NCBI RefSeq assembly: GCF_041956535.1
Contig: NW_027192192.1
Coordinates: forward strand, 747,796-811,795
Origin: Calcarisporiella thermophila CBS 279.70
Taxonomy: Eukaryota; Fungi; Calcarisporiellomycota
Reading direction: 5' to 3'
DNA length: 64,000 nucleotides
The translations under genes and the position numbers were made by a program. Of the stretch, positions 27,298 to 37,392 are shown piece by piece. Positions within the stretch are counted from its first letter, which is position 1; the number at the start of each line of letters is the position of its first letter. Below the pieces are notes generated by a model. The model searched no databases. It worked only from the letters and a program-made list of their open reading frames with translations, and was not told the origin of the DNA.

Positions 27298-29153
27298 ATG
27301 GAGCTTACCTACACTGATCCCTCCAAATTTGCTGCAGTAAGTGTGGTCGTTATGCTACTCATGAACATTCTCAATTGATAAACTGGAATTCGGCGACTAG
27401 ATTCACCAGACCCTTACCAGCACCTTCCTCTCTGGTCTCACCCGAGAGCTGGCCTGGCGTAAATCCCAACTCCAAGAGATTTATCGCATGATTGATGAAA
27501 ATGAAACCGCGTTGTGTGAAGCGTTGAACAAAGACTTGCGAAGATCCCTGCACGAATCCATACTCTCCGAGATTGTGCCAACAAAAAATGAGGCTGCCAA
27601 TGTTTGCAAAAACTTGGATTCATGGGCGAGCATTGAGCGTATATCGACTCCGTTGGCTTACAAGCTAGACTGGTGCCAAATCCATAGGCACCCCAAGGGT
27701 ACGCTTACTTTGGGAATCTCGCGGAAAATTTCTACCCTAACACTCTTGTTTTCTAAGGTGTTGTACTCTTGGTCGGACCTTGGAACTACCCCCTCAACCT
27801 TATTATTATTCCTCTTATTGGAGCTATTGCCGCTGGGAATTGCGTCTTGATCAAGGTATGATAGGATGTAGTTCTGAGAGGGCATCTCTTCTTTTATCAT
27901 TGGCATATTAACCATCTGCAAAGCCTTCCGAAATCTCTACCCATGTTAGCGCACTCCTCACGCATTTGATAGAGAAATACCTCGATCCCTCCGCGATTCG
28001 CGTCGTGAATGGCGGCCCCACGGAAATGACAGAGCTTCTACGCTTTAAATTTGATCACATCTTTTACACGGGCAATTCCACGGTTGGCAGAATTATCATG
28101 CGAGCCGCTGCTGAGCATCTGACGCCTGTCACCCTTGAGCTTGGTGGCAAATGTCCGGTTTATGTGTCCAAAGATGCAGATATTAATATCGCCGCCCGTC
28201 GCATTGCTTGGGGAAAGTTCTTCAACTCAGGACAGAGCTGCATCGCCCCCGACTACATTCTTTGCGACAAAGAGGTTGAGGCACCTTTGGTTGAAGCTCT
28301 GGGACGAGCATTGGATGGCTTCTTTGGTGGTGAACCCAAACAAGCCAGCAAAGATTACGCGCGAGTAATTAATGAGCGCCATTGGGATCGCATTGCGGAA
28401 TTGCTTGAGAAATCAAATGGCCGAGTGGTAATTGGAGGGGAGAAGGATCGGAATGATTTGTTCATCTCGCCTACTGTGGTGATTGATGTTCAGCCCGACG
28501 ATAAGGTAGCTTCTATGGGCCTTCTTCCCCCGTCACATTCCTTGATTAAACTCCATATTGTATGAATAGTTGATGAGCGAAGAAATTTTTGGACCACTAT
28601 TGCCCATTGTCTCCGTCACAGGGCTACAAGAAGCCATCACATTTATTTCCTCTCGGTAAGAAAACAGAAACAGGGATATATTTATGCGATATTAAACCAC
28701 TCATCTTATGATCACCCCGCCCTCTACAGTGAATCACCGCTTGCAATTTACATCTTTAGCAAAAGCCAAACCATTGCCGATCAAATTGAAAAGAATACCC
28801 GTGCTGGCGGAGTGTTGGTAAATGACTGTCTTACCCACTTCACGATTCACTCATTGCCGTTTGGCGGCACTGGATCCTCCGGATTTGGCAAGTATCATGG
28901 CCGACACTCTTTCGAAGAATTCTCTCACCACCAAGCGTATATGAATCGTGGATATTCTTTGCCCGTTGAATTTAGCAACAGTCTGCGTTACCCGCCCTAT
29001 TCGGATGGAAAACTTTCGTAAATATCTCTGTTGATAACGTGACATGAGAAGGAACATGGATGCTAACTGCTTGATACCTTTTTTTATAGGCTGATCAAAA
29101 TGGCTGTTGCTGAGAAGCTTAAACTGGGCAAAAGGCCTGTAAGTAAGCTGTAG
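27298..29153 (+). CDS. Fatty aldehyde dehydrogenase (ALDH3/Hfd1 family) ending in PTS1 SKL
   Basis: [63 protein letters not shown]; last exon [21 protein letters not shown]. Confidence 0.93.
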
Positions 29154-29440
29154 TCGTAGGACACACTTGTATTGCTACTATCTATTTTATAACATTTCGG
29201 TGTATGTAAAGTAATTTAGTTGAAAATCACTCGATATATAAACTGTTCGATACTTTTTTGCTCAGTATACGACCTGTATCTGTATTTCAATGCTGCTTAT
29301 CGTCTTGGAAATTATACGAAATACCTTCCTAAAAAAATGTTTAAATCAAAATAATTAGCGATTAAAAAAAAAAAATCTAAATTCGTAATTTAGAAAACCT
29401 TTGAGGTATTGGATATAAAATAAAATTCCCAAAAAAAGGA

Positions 29441-29513
29441 TGCCGGATCCCGGGATCGAACCGGGTACCTTAAGATCTTCAGTCTTACGCTCTCCCAGAT
29501 GAGCTAACCCGGC
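29441..29513 (-). tRNA. tRNA-Phe(GAA), intronless
   Basis: GCCGGGT TA GCTC ATCTGGGA GAGC G TAAGA CT GAA GA TCTTA AGGTA CCCGG TTCGATC CCGGG ATCCGGC A forms a full cloverleaf; a T7 terminator follows. Confidence 0.97.
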
Positions 29514-29595
29514 TAACTACGCCTATTGCTGTATGCTGAAAAATTTGTCTCAAATAAATATATAAATACGATATTTTACCTTGAAACTCTTTTTT

Positions 29596-29612
29596 TTATT
29601 TTTTCTATTATT
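29596..29612 (+). repeat. Left copy of the 17-bp target-site duplication TTATTTTTTCTATTATT
   Basis: Identical to 29947-29963; ends immediately before the first G of the tRNA-like head. Confidence 0.8.
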
Positions 29613-29690
29613 GGGGGAGGGTTAGTGTAGTGGACTATCCCTGGTATGCCGACGAGAACGGCGTGGGTTCGAATCCCACTTCCCCCACCA
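29613..29690 (+). ncRNA. tRNA-like structure lacking a canonical anticodon arm, with encoded CCA
   Basis: Acceptor GGGGGAG/TTCCCCC + A + CCA; T arm GTGGG-TTCGAAT-CCCAC; hairpins GGTTAGT-GTAGTGG-ACTATCC and GCCG-ACGAGAA-CGGC. Confidence 0.75.
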
Positions 29691-29946
29691 GCACTTACTC
29701 TTAGTTTGTGACTGCTGTCCACTTGTTCAGAAATTGAGTCTTCATTATTGAAAAGATCGCTCCTACGAAAAGTACAAAGCTTACATCGGTTTCACGTACA
29801 GGCTATTCACGACAACTACGATACACGCATATCGATTGAACACCTATCTATCAAGGACCTATATCTCGTTATGTTAAGTCCATTGACATTAACTTCATGT
29901 AATATATGGAAATTAAATAAAAGTTTCCATTGATTGATCAAAAAAA
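29613..29946 (+). mobile_element. tRNA-headed SINE-like retroposon (334 bp)
   Basis: A box TAGTGTAGTGG (29623-33), B box GGTTCGAATCC (29666-76), tRNA-like head ending in CCA, no T4 run in the body, 3' hairpins, AATAAA, A7 tail (29940-46), exact 17-bp flanking direct repeats. Confidence 0.75.
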
Positions 29947-29963
29947 TTATTTTTTCTATTATT
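29947..29963 (+). repeat. Right copy of the 17-bp target-site duplication (contains T6, a potential Pol III terminator)
   Basis: TTATTTTTTCTATTATT starts immediately after the A7 tail. Confidence 0.8.
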
Positions 29964-31462
29964 TCTAATGATATACATTATATATATAAGAGATAAAGAG
30001 AATATTTATTAAATAAAAAAAGCGACAATGTCGCAATGTTTCTTGTTTTTTCACGAATACATGAGATTCTGCATCCAGACTAGTATGGTGTTGATACTCT
30101 TCTACAACAGTACAAGTAATCCTCTGCCAAGAAAGAAGGTCTCCACTAGGTGATTTAAATTTGATGTGATTAGTATTATGTTGATCATTAGTAGATTTAT
30201 ACCAATGCTTGGCGAATTTTTGAAAAGAGAAAAATATTGTCGTTTTGTCACTGGATACAAGGAAGAGTATATGCAATGTTACTAATAGCTCGCATTTGAT
30301 CGTTAGAGCTTTTTTTTTCTATTGGCTTCGTCATATTTACAAACAAGCTTTTGTCTCTTTGACCTTTCAATTCGAGAGTTGTCTAATTCCCAATATCCAA
30401 CAATAAAGCCTTATTCTGATATTCTAGTTAACTTTTACGGGTGGTGAGGGACGTCTTATATTTCGTCTATATTTAGGCTTGCGCACTTTTAAGGTCATTA
30501 TGAAAATTATCACCACAAAAAGCTACTAGAGTTTCCCTTTGAAGAGATACGGATGCCCTGCATGAAAAGTATTTCCCACGTTGTGCACAACACATTGGCA
30601 AGCACTGGGAAAGATAGGAGAGCAATCGGTACTTCGCAACATTGCTGCGGCCCAGCGTCAATCGGCCTACAACCCAATGTTTTTCATTTGCTTATGTAAT
30701 AATAATTCAAGAGAATCTATATGAATAGCTGAATATGCTCGTACTTTGTGATAGAGAATTTCCCCAGAATTATTGGGGATTATTAGAGTTGATGTGCACA
30801 CTCTTTTTAGAGTTTTTGACTCATTCTTTTCAACACATTTCTATCGATCATTCTGCCTAAGAATATCCGTCGCAACTTGATATATGGCAAAGAGGTATAA
30901 ATATTGCATTAAGGCCTCCATTTAAAAAGGCAAAGTAAAGTATATTCATTAAAACCTGCCAATTTGCCTGAAGACTAAGTCATTACCAAAGAAAATATTT
31001 TTCAGAGAAACTCCATAAAATATAATACGCTCTTAATAAAAGAGCTCCAATTATTTCAATCACCTCACTCATTGAGATTTCATTGACAAACATAAACACC
31101 AAACGTAAGCTAGGTTGCCAGAAAAGTTGAATCATAGGGCCACTAATATAGATAACAATTGTTGTAGTTATTATGATTTAATAATCAGAGAAAGCTTCTT
31201 TTTATCAAAAATCTTGATATGATAATCGTCCAAGAATGGCTTGGAGATTCATATATGGAGACACAGCTACGAAAAGTGAACAGTACTCATTAAATGTACA
31301 ATCTAATATGATTTCGGCAAACACTATTTTTCCTTCCTATAAAATTCGTTCACATTTACTGTGCTCTGCTTTCGCGTCTGTGATAGCTGGGACAGCTTCT
31401 TCCTTGGATACCATTTTTCCTAATTTTTTTTTCCTTCTCTATTTTTCTTTATTAGTGTACAA

Positions 31463-32528
31463 ATGCTACTTGCTTCTATTTTTTACATTTTTGCTCTATT
31501 TATCTCTGTAGCCTCGGCTCTCAACCTTGAAGAAGGGCAACTACCGAAGAAGGCAGAGGTGTACTATAAATGCGTGAAGCCAGGAACATTTGCTATTACA
31601 TTCGATGACGGTCCTTTCGAATATGGCAGAGGACTTTTGGAATGGTATTATTTCCTTACATTGTGTCATGCATTGAGAATATAACTAATAATTTACTGCT
31701 TTCAACTAGGCTCAACAAAAATAAGCTGAAAGCAACGTATGACATGCTCTTTGATTGAAGTGTGTACCTATTACCTATTTACCGTTAACATGCTATTCCC
31801 GTATTTTATCAGGTTCTTTTACAATGGTGAAGGTTGGGGTAAAATTGAAAATTACAAAGATCACGTAAGACGTGTGTTTGCTTCTGGACATCTCATCGGA
31901 TCACACACCTGGTCACATAAGGACCTCACCAAGTTAAACGAAACTGAAGCCAAGGAGGAAATGACGAAACTCGAAAATGCTTTCAAGGAGATAATTGGAG
32001 TCAGACCCAAGTACGCGCTTGCAATCCACAGGACTTGCTTTTTTCTTCCTTGCACTCTCTAAATTTTCCTCTTCTTTGCTGCTAAGGTATATGCGCCCTC
32101 CTTTCGGCAGTACGGATGAAAAGACGCTTCAACTTCTTGGTGAACTCGGCTATTACGTTATTAACTGGAACGTAGATAGCATGGACGTAAGGCTTATTAA
32201 TTAAAACCACTAGATGAACTTTTTTCATTTGTTTTCTCTGTAGTGGTTATATAATGATTTAGCAAAGGAGCAAGAGCAATACCGGAAAGCATTGAACGGC
32301 ACTGATCCCAAAAAAGAAGGTCACATGTAAGACTAAATAACTTAACTTCTCTTCACTCAAGATCATTTATTATTATCTCATTTTCAAAACAGCTCCCTTC
32401 AACATGAAGTCTATAAAACTACAGTTGATGATCTTGCTCCTTGGGTCTACAAATATGTAAAAGAGCTTGGCTATAAACCCGTTACCGTTGCTGAATGCCT
32501 TGGTCACTGTAACCCAAGAAATTGGTAA
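31463..32528 (+). CDS. Secreted chitin deacetylase (CE4/NodB), copy 2
   Basis: Signal peptide MLLASIFYIFALFISVASA; TFDDGP, HTWSHKDL, YMRPPFG, INWNVDSMDW, HISLQHE, VTVAECLG; several intron positions shared with copy 1. Confidence 0.92.
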
Positions 32529-33510
32529 GATGATTATAAAGAGTAAATTTATCCATTTTTAATTGAAAATATCGTATTTTGCATTTCAAGGTATCGCAAA
32601 TGATATTAGAACAAATCCTTATTCAAATGACCTCAATGACGGCAGTATATAATTTTCCTGGCAATGTAATGCACTTACAACTGCTATCTATAAAAATATA
32701 TATGTACTCAGTATGCTTTGCACTGCAAGAAATCGACAAATATCCGAAAAGCATCAAAAGAATCAAGATATCGCTACCTACATTATCCTTTAAAGAAAAC
32801 TTATATATGTATACATAGTAAAATATTTTTACTCATATCTATCATCGGGCACAGAGTTTCATTGGTTCGATAGCACCTATATGTCCACCAAACATAGTAT
32901 TAGCCTGGTGAGAGAAGAAAAGAGTTTGTATATATCAGCTTTGTGTTATATCCATAGCATAACAATAATGTATTTTTTTATTTTGCATTGGCGAGCAAAG
33001 ATATAGTGCTATAAAACACGATAGTGATACCCTTTTCTACTGCTGCATCTGCTTCAAGGAATATACCGTATGTGACTATCCTCCTGTAATAGTTTGATTA
33101 GTTATTTAAATCATCATGCACTGATGACAAAAAATAAGCGGCTTGTCTGGCTTCTCGCATATTAAAAGGAAAAACAAACAGAAAACCATGAAAAGAGTAA
33201 CACGGTTGTCCTTAAAACTTCATCACTTGCCTTTCCATTCCTTTTTTTAAATTGTCTCTCCTTTACATCTTACATCTTCCCCTCTTCGACATCCTTACCC
33301 CTCTTCGACTCGATTATTATGCTAACATGTACTGAATCTCCCCCTTCACATTCCCTTTTGCCACCGTTTTCGATACCCGACTCTCAAGTTATGTGTGGCA
33401 CACGCCTCGACCATAATACACGCCGTCCTCTTAAAAATCCTGTTGGGAAACCGTTTCAACCTCCAGAATATAAACTGAGGAAGCAGACTGTCCTGCATCA
33501 TCAAAGGAGA

Positions 33511-34469
33511 ATGTCCTCTGCCTCCTTACCAACAGGTGCTCATGCACCAAAGAGAGCGTCCATGAAACAAGATATGTTCCCAATAGCTCAGTTTCTCTCA
33601 AGTATTGAGCCACCGGTGCGTGAGAGTCTTGTATTACGTGCGGTTACTTTTTTGAAGACCCCGTTGGTGAATAATGCGCCCTATGTACGAAAAGTCGCGT
33701 TTTTAGAGCGCAAAGGGCTTACATCTCGAGAGATCGAGCTTGCCCTTAAACAAGTTATGATTGAAATGCCATCTGAGGTATTGCAAACTTATATTTTTGA
33801 CGCCAAATGAATCCTTCTCATGGCTTTATGACTTTGTAGACGCCTTTAGAGTATACCCCTCCCCCTGCCGTGCCAGCGAGAACTTACTCACTGGCTGAAC
33901 GTCGGCTTCATCCTTTTCCACAACGCGCAATCATCACATCATCTAGCATCCCGCAGATTTCTTCCATCAGACCTTGGAAGCGTTTTGTGCTCACCTTGCT
34001 CTTAACGGGAACTTTGTTCGCTACTGTCATCCGCCTTATGAAGGTGAGTCTTTTACACCATAGCAAGATAGTCATTGAGGCGGTATTTATTCCACTTCTA
34101 CCATATTAGAAACTTGTCTTGCCCTATATGTATTTGTTCACAAGGCGATGCAATTCCCTTTCGAAACTTCGAGCATTGCTTCCTACTCTACCTAAACTCT
34201 CCAATACTATCCTTCAACCTGTAATGAAATCATCTTTATGTGCCGAGACTCCACGGGAAGATGTCAGACCAGCTTCCAACTTAAATGATAAGATTCCCTC
34301 ACCAATCAAGCAGCAAAAGCCCTCCCCCATTTCATTCTTGCAACATCTACCCATATTTGGCGGGAAAAATGGTTTTTCTTTTGTGACCTCGGCTGTGGAA
34401 GCCCTTGATCAAGCTGCTTTTGACACCTGTCTCTACCCAGGGGCCTTTCGAGCGTTGACCATCAAATAG
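33511..34469 (+). CDS. Short Pex14_N-domain membrane protein (Pex14-like); an upstream in-frame ATG exists at 33319
   Basis: VRESLVLRAVTFLKTPLVNNAPYVRKVAFLERKGLTSREIELAL matches Pex14_N; hydrophobic WKRFVLTLLLTGTLFATVI; two GT-AG introns. Confidence 0.72.
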
Positions 34470-34778
34470 TCGCGTAAACTATAATATCCCGAGTTTCATC
34501 CAAGGGTATTCTTTATTATTAGAGAGGGAGAGAGCATAATAATAATCATACCTATTCTTATCTCCCTTGCATCTCTTCCCCCTCTCGTCCATTTCCCGGT
34601 TTATTTTAAATATCCAATATTTCTCTTGTTGGCCATATTTTATTTTATTTCAATTCATGCTCTTTGGATCAATTGAATGAATTGTGCATAATGCCTTAAT
34701 TTAACCGTAGCAGTCTTAACATTTGAGGTGAATATACTCTGGAAAACACAAACATGGATTCTATTCTACAAATGATAA

Positions 34779-36857
34779 TTATAGTGGCCTCTCGGATTTT
34801 TTGAGAGGTGCAAAGAGAAGTTCCATCCGCTTTGGAGCTAGTAATCCGATGGTCGACTCCACAAGATAAGGCTGAGGCAGGTGCTCTGTATCCTTTGGTA
34901 TTTTAATCTTGAAATTCCGTAACAAATGAGCTAATACAATCCTCTGCTCCATTAAGGACATCGTTTTCCCTAAACAGATGCGGGGTCCCCCGCCAAACCC
35001 AGCCCAAGCAAAGGGCGGTCGGGACTTTTCATTAGCCGGAGTGAAGCGCTCCGGATTAAAATGATCTGGATCGGGCCAAAAATGCTTGTTATGATGCAAA
35101 GCATAGATATCAGCTGTGATAAGAGTTCCAGCTGGGAGAAGGTGGCGGCCAAATCTCTCTTCAGCTAGGAGTTGACGAATGGCCACGGTGAACGCCGGGG
35201 GACTTTCAAATAGAATTTTACTAAGGAAAAAGGGTTCTATGATTTATGGTCGTGACGTAGATACAAGGCTCACCATATCCTCATATTTTCCTTGACTACT
35301 TGGGTCAGATAGGTGAGTTGTTGTTGCTTTTCTCTTGAAATTTCTTCATTTCCAATTTTCTCTAGGACTTCATCCCGTACCCTCCGCTGCACATCCTATA
35401 GTTAACAACATGTGCTGGTAAGCATAATGGAGTATTATGTAAGTATATTAATTTCTACTTCATGAATCGCAAGGTGGTAAAGGCAAGTAGAGAGTGCAGT
35501 GGCAGTTGTGTCGTGCTAGTGATAAGAAAAAACCATGAGAATACACAAATACCTTCATATTTAATTGTACTCACCCCGGCAAGGATAAAAGCCATCATGT
35601 TATTCTAATTTATTTTAAAAAGAATATAGAATGAGTATTTTAACGATATTTGTGGGAATATATATATTGATTGATAGACAATACTCTTAGCTCTTCATCT
35701 GATAATCTCATATTCCCCTCTGCTTCATTTGCTTTGATCATTCGTGTCAAGAGATCCTCTTGTTGATTATATTCAGTCCCGGATTCAGCTATAACTTGTC
35801 GTTTTTTTCGCACAACCTCAAGGACTAGCATATCAAAGAGAGCGATGCTCTGACAAGTCAAAAAATTGCTCTAGCCAGGGGAACATGAAGAAATAAGGAT
35901 TGGATATCATAGAGACGAGATAATCCCAGGTAGTAATGAACAGATTCCTCGGGTTTTCTAGAGACTTCGAGACACCATTAGTATTATGGTTTATCAGATT
36001 GAAATATGAGCTGCTAACATCAAAATCATAATCAAAGGCGATTGATCCAAGTATATCCAATGTGAGCCTTTCAGTATCGACAAGGTTAATACGGTAGTTC
36101 TTTAAGTCAGAGCAATAAATATTCCTCGCCTTTTGAGCACCGATACCATCTCTATTTTTGGGCTATTTTTCCTAATATAATTCTCCAAGTCTACAGCTTT
36201 TTGATTGAAGACATGAGTAGATAGAAAATGAAAAGCGGGCTGTGAAATGCGCCTATGTTTCTTCCAACGATCATGCTTGGCAAAGATTATACTTTCACTA
36301 AATAACTTTTCAACGAATGAACCCGGTCTAAAATGATATAATCAGAATAAAAATTGACAGGAGAAATTTCCAGCTACCTACCGATTCTCATGGAGGGTTG
36401 CCTTGTCGATATTTGAGCTTTGAAATACAATGCGTACATATTCTGGATCTGATACGAAGACTATCCATCTACCACCAATTTTCACCTTTATTCCATTGCA
36501 TCCTTATTTGAGTTCATATTTCAGAAAATGGAATAATTTCTTGGTTATTACCCTCATTATTCCCTCTTTAGCCCCTATTGCATAAAAGCGACGTGCTCGG
36601 CTCTGGTAGGAGCCAATTCCAGAGACAATAATTATAACATCAAGTATGGATGCTGCTGGAACTGTTTCGATACCACCAGATGCCCCTTTCTTCAGAATCC
36701 GGAGCAATGTATAGAAAATCGGGGCAATTATAAGAATGCACATAAATAGTGGGCTATCTTTCCATTGCAACCGAACAATGCAAATATTTGTAAAGCTCAT
36801 ATACTCCATTTTGTTTGATCCAAATGAATTAGCTAGAGTTACATTCAAAGCGGCCAT
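34779..36857 (-). CDS. Cytochrome P450 with an apparent frameshift near 35860 (pseudogene or assembly indel)
   Basis: WKKHRRISQPAF, TLDILG, FILAG|HDTTA, VKENMR (ExxR), FNPERF, heme motif FGGGPRICLG; the frame changes inside a T6 run with no intron. Confidence 0.88.
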
Positions 36858-37392
36858 TAACTAGAGCCACATTTCTTTGGCGTCTTTTATATATCTTACT
36901 TTTGTGCCGGTGGCACCATTAAGCCAAAATCACGATGCATGAAATTAACGAGCTAAGATTTTTTTTCAGCTAAGATCGCTATAAATAACTATCTCTATTT
37001 AAATAAATATCACAACCAGAAATACAATAAAAAATTAATAAAATAGAGTATGTATAGATTATGGTAGCCTAGCAAAGTATAAAGTATCAAACTAAGCTGG
37101 GAAAAAGCGGATCGTTGCATCGGCAAAGGGATTTGAGCAAAAAAGGTTAAGGAGAGTAAGAAACATAAGGAGTGGAATGGGTAATTTTAAGGAGAGGAAT
37201 GGGAAGTAAAAAAATAGCTATCAAAATAAGCAACATAGCCTTGGGGTACACGCGGAAGTAGTAGAATGCGATGAAACGCAGGGAAGTGGCGACGTAACGT
37301 GGATGGATTAAGAAACTAACTAATTAGCGATATTAGCAGAAGCATTATTCAAAGACTATTAGGATATATCTCGTAGGTATTATGGCGCGAAA

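Noticed and set aside
29612-29690. tRNA-Sec, because a 9/4 acceptor/T-stem register can be drawn and some early-diverging fungi use selenocysteine
   Set aside because: There is no UCA anticodon loop or Sec-type D and variable arms, and I found no in-frame TGA in the redox genes of the window.
29613-29690. tmRNA or bacterial tRNA contamination suggested by the encoded CCA
   Set aside because: There is no G3-U70 pair and no tag region; the sequence is embedded in intron-containing fungal DNA and flanked by direct repeats.
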